64,000 bases of DNA, taken from the NCBI GenBank assembly GCA_039935655.1, contig JBDTJX010000094.1, positions 5,975 to 69,974 on the forward strand, read 5' to 3'. A program made the translations under genes and the position numbers. The stretch's first letter is position 1, and every line of letters starts with the position of its first letter. This DNA comes from Candidatus Dormibacter sp. Lineage in GTDB: Bacteria; Chloroflexota; Dormibacteria; Aeolococcales; Aeolococcaceae. The notes below the pieces were generated by a model, which ran no database searches, had not been told where the DNA came from, and saw nothing but the letters and a program-made list of their open reading frames with translations. Shown one piece after another: positions 1-9,412 of the stretch.

Positions 1-417
1 CGCCGCGACATCTACATCACCAACACGGTGAAGTGCCGTCCTCCCGGCAATCGCGACCCCGAACTCGACGAGGTCGCCGCCTGCAGCCACTTCCTCGACG
101 AGCAGATCGCGCTGCTCCGTCCCGATGTCATCCTCATCCTCGGCCGTCACGCGCTCAACCGGCTCCTGCCCGAGTCAGTGGGGATCTCACGACTGCACGG
201 GCAGCGCGTGGTGAGCCACGACCGCGCCTACGTGCCGCTGTACCACCCGGCCGCGGCGCTCTACAACGGATCCCTACGCGAGACGCTCTTCGCCGATATG
301 CAGCGTGTGCGGACATACCTCGACGAAGCTGAGGCGAGCCGCGCCGCGCGGAGTGCTCCGCCCGCAGAGACGCCCGACCCGCTCGCCGCCGATCAGTTGA
401 GCCTGTTCGCTCAGTGA
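1..417 (+). CDS. uracil-DNA glycosylase, family 4 (C-terminal part; 5' end lies outside the window)
   Basis: The reading frame is open from base 1. It carries the motif YITNTVKCRPPGNRDP...C..FL...PD.I..LG..A and the YHPAAALY tail typical of family-4 UDG. The stop overlaps the rnj start (GTGA at 414-417). Confidence 0.85.
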   Translation, partial: RRDIYITNTVKCRPPGNRDPELDEVAACSHFLDEQIALLRPDVILILGRHALNRLLPESVGISRLHGQRVVSHDRAYVPLYHPAAALYNGSLRETLFADMQRVRTYLDEAEASRAARSAPPAETPDPLAADQLSLFAQ

Positions 418-2057
418 TCGCGCTCGTCCCGCTTGGCGGCCTCGGCGAGATCGGCCGCAACCTGATGGCCATCGAGGTCGGCGACGACATCGTGGTCGTC
501 GACTGCGGGCTGATGTTCCCCGAGCAGGAGATGCTCGGCATCGACCTGGTCATCCCCGACATCACGTGGCTGATGGAGCGCGTCGAGCGCGTCCGCGGCA
601 TCGTGCTGACGCACGCGCACGAGGATCACATCGGGGCCCTCCCGTACGTGCTGCCCCGGCTGCCGGTCCCCGTGTACGGGACCAGTCTGACGCTCGGCTT
701 CCTGCGCAACAAGCTCAAGGAGCACAAGCTGCTCGATTCAACCGACCTGCACACCGTGCGCGCCGGCGACACGGTCGCGCTCGGCGGCATCTCGGTCGAG
801 TGGATCCACATCACCCACTCGGTCCCCGACGCGTGCTCACTGGCCATCCACACTCGCGACGGTGTGATCATCCACACCGGCGACTTCAAGATCGATCAGA
901 CGCCGGTGAACGGCTCGCCGCCCGACCTGGCGCGTCTCGCCCGCCTCGGTGACGAGGGCGTGCTTCTGTTGCTCAGTGACAGCACCAATGCCGAGCAGGA
1001 GGGCACCACCCCGAGCGAACGCCACGTCGGCGAGGGCCTCGCCCCGCTCTTCGCCGCCGCGCCGGGGCGCATCCTCATGGCCACGTTCGCGTCGAACATC
1101 TCGCGTCTCCAGCAGGCGATCGACGCTGCCGATCACGTCGGCCGCAAGGTGTTCATCGTCGGTCGATCGATGCTCAACAACGTGCGCGTTGGCCAGGAGC
1201 TTGGCTTCCTTCGCACCTCGAAGAACTTCGTGTCGCCCAAACAGCACGCCGCCGTGCCCGACGGCGAGCTTGTCGTGCTCTGCACGGGGGCGCAGGGGGA
1301 GCCGATGTCGGCGCTGTCGCGAATCGCCGCAGGAGAACACCCGATGCTGCAGCTGCACGACGGCGACACAGTGATCATCAGCGCCAACCCGATCCCCGGC
1401 AACGAGGAGGCGGTGCATCGCACCATCAACAACCTCTATCGACGCGGGGCTCGCGTCTTCAACTCCTCCAAGCACCACGTCCACGCCTCGGGCCACGCCA
1501 GTCGCGAGGAGCTGAAGCTGATGCTGACGCTCACCCGGCCGAAGTTCTTCGTGCCCGTCCACGGTGAATACCGCCACCTCAGCATCCACGCCGAGCTGGC
1601 CAAGGCGGTGGGCATCCCCCCCGATCACATCCTGCCGGTCGACAACGGCACCGTCATCGAGATCGATGCCGACGTGATCAGACGGCGACCGGCACGAGTC
1701 CCCTCGGGATACGTCTACGTCGACGGCCTCAGCATCGACGAAGCCGGTGACGTCGTTCTTCGCGACCGCCGCCTGCTGGCCCAGGACGGCGTGGTGATCG
1801 TGACGCTGACCGTCGAACGGAGTAGCGGCGCCGTGATCGCCGGGCCCGACCTGATCTCGCGCGGCTTCATCGAGGACACCGCCTCCGACACACTCTTCGA
1901 CGAGGCGCGCGAACACACGCTCAAGCTCGTCCAGAAGCTGAACCCCGACGCCGACTGGTCGGTGTGGCAGGCGTCGATCCACGAAGGTTTGTCGAAGTTC
2001 CTGTACTCGCGGACGCGTCGCCGGCCGATGATCCTCCCGGTGGTCACGGAGGTTTAA
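414..2057 (+). CDS. rnj: ribonuclease J (metallo-beta-lactamase/beta-CASP RNase)
   Basis: 547 aa. It has the MBL motif THAHEDHIG, the beta-CASP region (HASGHASREEL) and an RNase J C-terminal domain. Confidence 0.93.
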   Translation: MIALVPLGGLGEIGRNLMAIEVGDDIVVVDCGLMFPEQEMLGIDLVIPDITWLMERVERVRGIVLTHAHEDHIGALPYVLPRLPVPVYGTSLTLGFLRNKLKEHKLLDSTDLHTVRAGDTVALGGISVEWIHITHSVPDACSLAIHTRDGVIIHTGDFKIDQTPVNGSPPDLARLARLGDEGVLLLLSDSTNAEQEGTTPSERHVGEGLAPLFAAAPGRILMATFASNISRLQQAIDAADHVGRKVFIVGRSMLNNVRVGQELGFLRTSKNFVSPKQHAAVPDGELVVLCTGAQGEPMSALSRIAAGEHPMLQLHDGDTVIISANPIPGNEEAVHRTINNLYRRGARVFNSSKHHVHASGHASREELKLMLTLTRPKFFVPVHGEYRHLSIHAELAKAVGIPPDHILPVDNGTVIEIDADVIRRRPARVPSGYVYVDGLSIDEAGDVVLRDRRLLAQDGVVIVTLTVERSSGAVIAGPDLISRGFIEDTASDTLFDEAREHTLKLVQKLNPDADWSVWQASIHEGLSKFLYSRTRRRPMILPVVTEV

Positions 2058-2089
2058 GGACGACGGGGCGCGGATTCCCCTTCGCAAGC

Positions 2090-2101
2090 GAACGCCGGTT
2101 C
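2090..2101. promoter_or_regulatory. candidate LexA (Cheo-type) SOS box GAAC-GCCG-GTTC upstream of ftsK
   Basis: CGAACGCCGGTTCG has perfect inverted arms. It sits in the rnj-ftsK intergenic region about 100 nt upstream of the ftsK ATG. Confidence 0.5.
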
Positions 2102-2202
2102 GGCACGTCGCACAGGCTGCTGATACGATCGACGCGCCTCCGGACACCCCGGAGAGCAGCCCTGTTCTCCTCCACGTCCACGCCGAGGCTGCAACCACAA
2201 CC

Positions 2203-4491
2203 ATGGCCCGACGCGCACCCACCCGCTCCCGCCCCGCAACACGCCGTCGCGCGCCCAGCCGTGCGGGGCGGGCGCCGACCCGTGCCGCACGCGCCCCGCG
2301 CCGCGCACCCGTTCGCCGCGAGCCGATCCTCACGCCCGAGCAGCGCCGTGAGCTGAGTGGCGTCGGACTGGTTGGTCTCGGGGTGGTGCTCGCGGTCGTG
2401 CTGCTCATCCCGGGAGGTGGCTCCGTCGCCGGCCCGGTGCACGACCGGTTCTTCACCACGCTGGGGGCGGGCGCATGGCTGGTCGCCGCCGGCCTGATGG
2501 TCACTGGCACCCGCCTCCTACAGCGCCACGAATGGCGCGGCGGCCTGCTCGCCGGCATCGGATCGGCGCTCACGCTCGTGGCGATCCTCGGATTCCTCGG
2601 CCTGGTGGCACCCGGCAGTGGCGGCTGGGTCGGCCACAAGGTCGGCCCGGGCATCGCCGACCGCCTCGGCGGCCCGGCGTCCGGGGTACTGATGCTGGTC
2701 AGCTCCGCGCTGGGACTGGTGCTCGCCATCGACCTGCGCATGGCGCCGGTCGCGGCGTGGCTCCGCGAACATCTCGCGGCCGCGTCGGAGCCGCAGCGAA
2801 AGACCCGGACGGACAGCCGCTTCGACGTCAACCTGCGGGGCACGGCGGCGCCGGTGTTTGTCCCCCCGCTGGTTGCTCCGCCTGCCGCCGAGCTTGCTCC
2901 CGAGATCCCGTTCGCGAAGATCGCCGAGCCCGAGCTCGCCAACGTCGAGCCTCTCGCCGACGAGGGCTTCACCCGCGAGTTCGAGGGCACCGCTCAGCCG
3001 ACCCTCGGCCCCATCCCCGAGGTGGCCATCACCCACGCCGCCCCGGTGGACGAGGGCGAGAAGGTCTGGGTGCTGCCGACCGCCGACCTGCTCGACACCG
3101 TCGCCGGCAAGCGCGAGCGGCTCAACGCCGAGGTGGAGCGCAACAAGCACACGATCGTGTCGACCCTGCGCAGCTTCGGCATCGAGACGCGGATCATCGG
3201 CGAGTCGGTGGGCCCGACGGTCACCCAGTACGAGTTGCAGCCCGCCGCCGGGGTCCCGGTACGCAAGGTCGTCGGCTACCAGACCGACCTGTCGCTGGCG
3301 CTGGCCGCACCGATCCGCATCCAGCCGTTCATCCCCGGCAAGTCGGCGATCGGCATCGAGGTCCCCAACAAGGCGGCGCAGCTGGTCGCGCTCAAGGAGA
3401 TCGTGCAGTCGCAGGCATTCACCGACACGCGAACACGGCTGGCGGTCGCGCTCGGCGCCGACGTCAGCGGACACCCCGTCGCCGGGGACCTCACCCGGAT
3501 GCCGCACATGCTCATCGCCGGGGCGACGGGAAGCGGCAAGTCCGTGTGCATCAACGCCGTCCTCGGTGGGTTCCTGCTGCAGGCCACCCCCGCGGAGCTG
3601 AAGCTCATCCTCATCGACCCCAAGCGGGTCGAGCTGAGCAACTTCGCCGACCTGCCCCACCTGCTCGTCCCGGTCGTCGTCGAGCCCGAGGCGGCGGTCG
3701 CTTCATTGCGCTGGGCGGTCAAGGAGATGGAGGAGCGGTACAAGCTGTTCGCGTCGCACGGAGCGCGCAACATCGCCGCCTTCAACGAGCGCGCCCCAGG
3801 GTTGGGGCTGTCGCCGCTGCCCTACACGGTGATCGTCATCGACGAGCTGGCCGACCTGATGATGGTCGCGGCCGGCGAGATCGAGGACCTCATCTGCCGC
3901 ATCGCCCAGCTGGCCCGCGCCGTCGGCATTCACCTGATCGTCGCCACGCAGCGCCCGTCGGCCGACATCATCACCGGGCTGATCAAGGCGAACATCCCGT
4001 CGCGCGTCGCCTTCGCAGTGTCGAGCGGCACCGATTCCCGGGTCATCCTCGACGAGATGGGCGCGGAGAAGCTGCTCGGTCGCGGCGACATGCTCTACCT
4101 GCCCATCGACCAGGGCAAGGCACAGCGACTCCAGGGGGCTTTCGTGAGCGACCGCGAGCTCGACGCCCTCATCGGGCACTGGAAGCTGCAGGGCGCGCCT
4201 GACTACCAGGAGGAGATCTTCCAGGTGGAGGCGAACGTCTCCTGGGCGCGGGAGGCCACCAAGCGCGACGCGCTGTTCGCCAAGGCAGCGCACATCGTCG
4301 CCGCCGAGGGCCGCGCCGCCGCCTCGCTGCTGCAACGCAAGATGAACGTCGGCTACACGCGAGCCGCCCGGCTCGTCGACCAGCTCGCCGAGCACCGCAT
4401 CGTCGGTCCCTACGAGGGCAGCAAGTCCCGTGAGGTTCTCATGGACGTCATCCAGGTCGACGAGTACCTCGCCGAGCTCGGCGAGGAATAA
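2203..4491 (+). CDS. ftsK: DNA translocase FtsK/SpoIIIE
   Basis: 762 aa. It has an Arg/Ala/Pro-rich N-terminus, TM helices, a Walker A (GATGSGKS), the FtsK alpha/beta motor and a gamma wHTH domain (LLQRKMNVGYTRAARLVDQL). Confidence 0.93.
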   Translation: MARRAPTRSRPATRRRAPSRAGRAPTRAARAPRRAPVRREPILTPEQRRELSGVGLVGLGVVLAVVLLIPGGGSVAGPVHDRFFTTLGAGAWLVAAGLMVTGTRLLQRHEWRGGLLAGIGSALTLVAILGFLGLVAPGSGGWVGHKVGPGIADRLGGPASGVLMLVSSALGLVLAIDLRMAPVAAWLREHLAAASEPQRKTRTDSRFDVNLRGTAAPVFVPPLVAPPAAELAPEIPFAKIAEPELANVEPLADEGFTREFEGTAQPTLGPIPEVAITHAAPVDEGEKVWVLPTADLLDTVAGKRERLNAEVERNKHTIVSTLRSFGIETRIIGESVGPTVTQYELQPAAGVPVRKVVGYQTDLSLALAAPIRIQPFIPGKSAIGIEVPNKAAQLVALKEIVQSQAFTDTRTRLAVALGADVSGHPVAGDLTRMPHMLIAGATGSGKSVCINAVLGGFLLQATPAELKLILIDPKRVELSNFADLPHLLVPVVVEPEAAVASLRWAVKEMEERYKLFASHGARNIAAFNERAPGLGLSPLPYTVIVIDELADLMMVAAGEIEDLICRIAQLARAVGIHLIVATQRPSADIITGLIKANIPSRVAFAVSSGTDSRVILDEMGAEKLLGRGDMLYLPIDQGKAQRLQGAFVSDRELDALIGHWKLQGAPDYQEEIFQVEANVSWAREATKRDALFAKAAHIVAAEGRAAASLLQRKMNVGYTRAARLVDQLAEHRIVGPYEGSKSREVLMDVIQVDEYLAELGEE

Positions 4492-4571
4492 CACCGGAGT
4501 CACAATCCAGCGATGACCAGGACGGTGACGGCCTGAACTTTCTCCAGGGCCTGCACGGCGTCGTCGCCGTC

Positions 4572-5771
4572 GTGCTGCTCTGCGGCCTGTTGTTCGCCGA
4601 AGAGGCAGGTGTGCCGCTGCCGTTCGCCCCGGGCGAGATCGTGCTTCTCGCCGCCGGGTTGCTGATCGCCGCGGGCGGACTCGATCCCTTTGTCTTCGTC
4701 CCCCTGGCCATGTTTGCCTGCATCGCCGGCTCGATCGTCGGGTACAGCTGGGCGCGGCTGGTCGGCGAGCGTGGCCTCATCGCCCTGGCGCAGCGGTTGC
4801 ATCAGCAGCGCGGCCTCGAGCGAGTCACCAAACGGGTGCGATCAGCGGGCTGGACGGGGGTCGCGCTGAGCCGGCTCATCCCCGGGCTGCGCATCTACAC
4901 GACCCTGGTGGCCGGCGCGGTCCGCGTCCCGCGACGCACCTTCATCGCGGCGATGGTTCCGTCCACCGTCGTGTGGGTCGGGATTTTCGTGGCGCTCGGA
5001 ACCGTGGTCGGCATCCCCGTCGAGCACTTCTTCAACCGCGTCGAGCAACTGGCCGTGCAGGGGGTGATCCTGCTCGTGATGGGCCTTGGCATCTTCCTCG
5101 CGATCCGGCGGACGCCGCCGTCGACAGGAGCCGGTTTGGTGCGCGTGCCACGCGGGGTCCGCGCCAGCATCGCCGCCGCCATCGACATTGGTGTCACCGC
5201 GAGCATCGTCACCGGGCTGCTCGCCCTTGGCCGGCGGTTGTTCGGGATCGGCATCGGCGCCGGCTGGCTCGACGTGGTGATCCCAATGGTGATCGTGGGG
5301 ATCATCTACATCGTGGCCGCTCGCCGAAGCGCGGGCGCGACGGTGGGCGAGGCGCTTCTCCAGACGAGCTACGTCAGCGGACGGCAGCTGCCACGCCGCC
5401 CGCAGGAGGCGTTGCAGGCAGCGCGGGCGCTGTTGGCCGGCTCTCCCGACGAGCTGCAGCCCACCGCCGACCTGCTCCGGTCGCTCGCCGATCCCGACCG
5501 CCTGCGACTGGTCCGCCATCTCCTCGATCAGCCGCGAACCGTCGAGGAACTGTCGGAGCTGACCGGGTCCGAGACGTTGGAGGTGCGTCACCAACTCGAT
5601 CGCCTGCTCCACGCCGGGGTCCTGATGGTCAGAGGCGAGGGCGAGGAGGCGTGGTCGCAGATCCGGCCGGACCTGGTCGCCCCGCTGCTCGAGTTCCTGT
5701 CCGCGGCGCGGCGTCCGGTGGTCACTCCGCCGGCGGAGGAGGCCGCCTTGACCGCAACGGTCCCCGAGTAG
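4572..5771 (+). CDS. membrane protein fusion: DedA/VTT domain + RDD-like TM domain + C-terminal ArsR-type wHTH
   Basis: The N-terminus LFAEEAGVPLPFAPGEIVLLAAG is DedA-like. The middle (RASIAAAIDIGV...GATVGEALLQT) is RDD-like. The C-terminus LADPDRLRLVRHLLDQPRTVEELSELTG...VRHQLDRLLHAGVL is an ArsR-family HTH. Confidence 0.6.
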   Translation: MLLCGLLFAEEAGVPLPFAPGEIVLLAAGLLIAAGGLDPFVFVPLAMFACIAGSIVGYSWARLVGERGLIALAQRLHQQRGLERVTKRVRSAGWTGVALSRLIPGLRIYTTLVAGAVRVPRRTFIAAMVPSTVVWVGIFVALGTVVGIPVEHFFNRVEQLAVQGVILLVMGLGIFLAIRRTPPSTGAGLVRVPRGVRASIAAAIDIGVTASIVTGLLALGRRLFGIGIGAGWLDVVIPMVIVGIIYIVAARRSAGATVGEALLQTSYVSGRQLPRRPQEALQAARALLAGSPDELQPTADLLRSLADPDRLRLVRHLLDQPRTVEELSELTGSETLEVRHQLDRLLHAGVLMVRGEGEEAWSQIRPDLVAPLLEFLSAARRPVVTPPAEEAALTATVPE

Positions 5772-5854
5772 CCCTCGCGGCGTGCTGCCCGAAGCGTTCC
5801 CGCCTGCAGCCGTGCTGAAGGCGCGCCCCCGCGACCGGTATCCTCTGCGAGCAG

Positions 5855-6346
5855 ATGGCCCAGGAGTTCTCGTTCGACGTCGTCAGCGACTACGACCACC
5901 AGGAGCTGGTCAACGCGATCGACCAGGCGCGTCGCGAGATCGGGGCGCGCTACGACTTCAAGAACCTGACCGCGGAGATCGAGCTCGAGAAGGAGCAGCT
6001 CACCCTGACCACCGAGGGGGAGATGCAGCTCCGCGCCATGACGGACGTCCTCAAGACCAAGCTGCACAAGCGCAGCCTCGACCTCAAGATCCTCGATCCC
6101 CAGAAGCCCGAGGACGCGGCCAAGGGAAACCTGCGCCAGGTGATCAAGTTGCGCCGCGGCATCAATGACGAGCTGGCCAAGAAGTTGCAGAAGCAGATCC
6201 GTGCCGAGCAGCCCAAGGTCCAGGTTCGCATCCAGGGTGACCAGCTGCGGGTGAGCGCCAAGGACAAGGACACGCTCCAGGCGGTGATCGCCTCGCTGCG
6301 TGGGGCAGATCTCGACGTGCCCCTGCAGTTCACCAACTACCGGTGA
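5855..6346 (+). CDS. yajQ: YajQ family (UPF0234) nucleotide / c-di-GMP-binding protein
   Basis: 163 aa. The N-terminus SFDVVSDYDHQELVNAIDQARREIGARYDFK and the overall length are typical of YajQ. Confidence 0.9.
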   Translation: MAQEFSFDVVSDYDHQELVNAIDQARREIGARYDFKNLTAEIELEKEQLTLTTEGEMQLRAMTDVLKTKLHKRSLDLKILDPQKPEDAAKGNLRQVIKLRRGINDELAKKLQKQIRAEQPKVQVRIQGDQLRVSAKDKDTLQAVIASLRGADLDVPLQFTNYR

Positions 6347-6935
6347 CGCGTCGTCGCCCGTTGCCCACGAAGCCGACGTTTTCGACGACCCCGAGGTGAG
6401 CCGCCACCTCACGCTGCCCAACCAGCTCACCATCTTCCGGCTGCTGCTGGTCCCGGTCATCGGCATCTCGCTCAGCGCCAACTTCGCCTACCACGACCAG
6501 GTGAGCGCGGCGGTCTACGCCACGGCAGCCGCGACCGACTCACTCGACGGTCACATCGCGCGGCGGCGCCACTTGGTCAGCGAGCTCGGCAAGTTCCTCG
6601 ATCCGCTGGCCGACAAGATCCTGGTGATCACCGTGCTGGTCATCCTCGTCGGCCAGATGGTGATCCCGGCGTGGGTCGTTGTGGTCGTGTTCGGCCGCGA
6701 ATTCCTCATCACCGGTCTGCGATTCGTCGCCGCCAACCAGGGCGTGGTGATGGCGTCGACACCCTGGGGGAAGTCGAAGACGCTGAGCCAGAACCTGATG
6801 ATCGGGCTGCTGATCCTCGAGCAGCCATACCCGGTGCTGCACATCCCGGCGCTGGTGGTCGTTGGCCTGGCGGTCACCGCGACGGTATTGAGCGGGCTCG
6901 ACTATCTCTGGCGCTATCGGCGCTTCGTGATCTGA
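6300..6935 (+). CDS. pgsA: CDP-diacylglycerol--glycerol-3-phosphate 3-phosphatidyltransferase
   Basis: It carries the CDP-alcohol phosphatidyltransferase motif (DSLDGHIARRR...GKFLDPLADK). The N-terminus LPNQLTIFRLLLVP is typical of PgsA. The real start is more likely the GTG at 6396, because the ATG at 6300 overlaps yajQ by 47 nt. Confidence 0.85.
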   Translation: MGQISTCPCSSPTTGDASSPVAHEADVFDDPEVSRHLTLPNQLTIFRLLLVPVIGISLSANFAYHDQVSAAVYATAAATDSLDGHIARRRHLVSELGKFLDPLADKILVITVLVILVGQMVIPAWVVVVVFGREFLITGLRFVAANQGVVMASTPWGKSKTLSQNLMIGLLILEQPYPVLHIPALVVVGLAVTATVLSGLDYLWRYRRFVI

Positions 6936-7438
6936 TGGCGGGAGACGAGCAGAGCCCGCGACTGGCCGAGGTCTTCGCCGACAGCGCGGCGGTGGGCGAG
7001 CTGTTGCGTGCCAAGGGCTGGCGCGTGGCGGTTGCCGAGTCGTGCACCGGTGGCCTGCTCGGCGCCGCTTTGACCGCGGTGCCCGGTTCGTCGACGTACG
7101 TGCGCGGCGGCGTCATCGCCTACGACAACGCCGTCAAGGTCCTGCTCCTCGGCGTGGCCCCGGAAGCGCTGGCGGAGCACGGTGCGGTGAGCGGCGTGGT
7201 GGCAACCGCGATGGCACGCGGCGCCCGCGATCGGGTGGGCGCAGAGGTGGGCATCGGCATCACGGGGGTTGCCGGGCCCGGGTCGGAGGAGGGGGGTAAG
7301 CCCGCCGGCCTGGTGTTCGTCGCCCTGGTCGCGCCGGGCGTGGATCGCATGGTGCGGCTCGACGGCGACCACGGCCGCGACGGCAACCGAGCGGCAGCGG
7401 TCCGGGCGGCGCTCGGGTTGCTCCAGGAGCTGGGGTGA
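6935..7438 (+). CDS. CinA C-terminal domain protein (nicotinamide-nucleotide amidohydrolase PncC-like)
   Basis: The ATG at 6935 overlaps the pgsA stop (ATGA). The sequence AVAESCTGGLLGAALTAVPGSSTYVRGGVIAYDN is the CinA-C/PncC signature. The pgsA-cinA-recA order is conserved. Confidence 0.88.
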   Translation: MAGDEQSPRLAEVFADSAAVGELLRAKGWRVAVAESCTGGLLGAALTAVPGSSTYVRGGVIAYDNAVKVLLLGVAPEALAEHGAVSGVVATAMARGARDRVGAEVGIGITGVAGPGSEEGGKPAGLVFVALVAPGVDRMVRLDGDHGRDGNRAAAVRAALGLLQELG

Positions 7439-7524
7439 ACGACGCGGGTGTCGCGACAGGCACCTGTCGCCGGGCTGCTCCACGATGCCGTTGTCATCCC
7501 GGCCGCCAGCCGCTACAGTGGGGC

Positions 7525-7536
7525 AAACATCCGTTC
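7525..7536. promoter_or_regulatory. candidate LexA SOS box (AAAC-ATCC-GTTC) upstream of recA
   Basis: CAAACATCCGTTCGA lies about 170 nt upstream of the recA GTG. It shares the 10-mer AACATCCGTT with the box upstream of lexA. It has one mismatch to GAAC-N4-GTTC. Confidence 0.55.
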
Positions 7537-7702
7537 GATGACCACCCTGACCATCTCGTCCTCGGAGCGTCGCAGCACCCGCCCAGCTCATTCCACCGTT
7601 CATGGAGTTTCTGCTTTGACAACAACACCAGAAAGTCGTACCATCGAGCCCGATATCCAGGTCAACGGGCGGCGAGTCGCCGCCGGCAAGGGGAGTGAGG
7701 CG

Positions 7703-8754
<1,052 letters not shown>

Positions 8755-8758
<4 letters not shown>

Positions 8759-9273
8759 GCAGCCCGGGCAGCGCCGGCCGCCACCAGGCGCCGGCGATGC
8801 CCGCGGAGCCCGATTCGGTCACCGCCGCGGAGGAGGTGGCGGTGCGGATTCTCGCCGCCGCGGCGCAGTCCGCCGCGGCGCTCCAGCAACGGTTGCAGCG
8901 GCGCGGATTCAGCGCGGAAGCGGCGGCGGCGGCCACGGCGGCCATGGTGGCGCACGGCTACGTCGACGACGCCACGCTGGCGAGCTCGATCGCGGCCCGC
9001 CGACAGCGCACCGGCCACGGGCGCATCCAGGTCGGCGCCGAGCTGCGGTCTCGTGGGATCGACTCGGAGGCGATCAGCGCCACCCTCGCCGAGGTCGACG
9101 TCGAAAGCGAGCGGGCGGCCGCGCTGGAACTCGGTCGCCACTTCGCCCGCCGGGCATCGCGTGACATCGCCGACCGCCAGGGGCGGCAGCGACTCGGCGG
9201 TGCACTGCAGCGTCGCGGATTCGACTCCGACACGGTTGGCTGGGTGCTGCGCGAGCTCGAGCGGGAGGGCTGA
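8755..9273 (+). CDS. recX: recombination regulator RecX
   Basis: 172 aa. Its start overlaps the recA stop. It has a repeated helical RecX-like pattern (LQRRGFS..., LRSRGID..., LQRRGFDSD). Confidence 0.85.
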
Positions 9274-9279
9274 CGTCGG

Positions 9280-9409
9280 CATCGCCTGGCAGCTCGCCCA
9301 GCCCGGCAGCACCCTCGCGCTCGACATCAAGCTCGATGCGGCCGCTCTGGCACGGGTCGACGAGATTTTCCCGCCGGTTGGTCCTGCCCCTCAGGCCTAC
9401 GCCTGGTAG
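9280..9409 (+). pseudogene. relic of an aldo/keto reductase gene (only about the last 43 codons remain)
   Basis: The translation GIAWQLAQPGSTLALDIKLDAAALARVDEIFPPVGPAPQAYAW* matches the characteristic C-terminus of AKRs, including the intact AKR at 50901-51878 in this window. There is no N-terminal part. It sits directly after the recX stop. Confidence 0.55.
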
Positions 9410-9412
9410 CGG

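Noticed and set aside
2203-2340. A repetitive RAP(T/S)R-type nucleotide or peptide repeat at the start of ftsK, as a possible tandem DNA repeat. The same question arises for the Ala/Glu-rich stretch at 26540-26650 and the Asp/Gly-rich stretch at 22690-22740.
   Set aside because: These are imperfect low-complexity coding segments inside ORFs with good codon bias. They are not exact tandem repeats or CRISPR-like arrays.
837-2990. A 717-aa ORF on the minus strand, antisense to rnj and ftsK.
   Set aside because: The translation is Arg/Ala/Pro/Gly/Ser-rich with no recognisable domains. It lies opposite two strongly supported genes. It is a typical shadow ORF of high-GC DNA. The same reasoning applies to 14313-16739(-), 17056-18252(-), 18549-19568(-), 19046-20524(+), 24318-25868(+), 28485-30128(-), 37501-38637(+), 42499-43557(-), 44031-45131(+), 48808-49602(+), 49633-50724(+), 51036-51965(+), 55151-56080(-), 56528-57607(-) and 61966-63159(+).
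6671-6934. The N-terminal 88 codons of the 255-aa ORF that contains the CinA-C domain.
   Set aside because: This part overlaps pgsA in another frame and is Arg/Pro-rich. The ATG at 6935 forms an ATGA overlap with the pgsA stop and gives a normal-length CinA-C protein.
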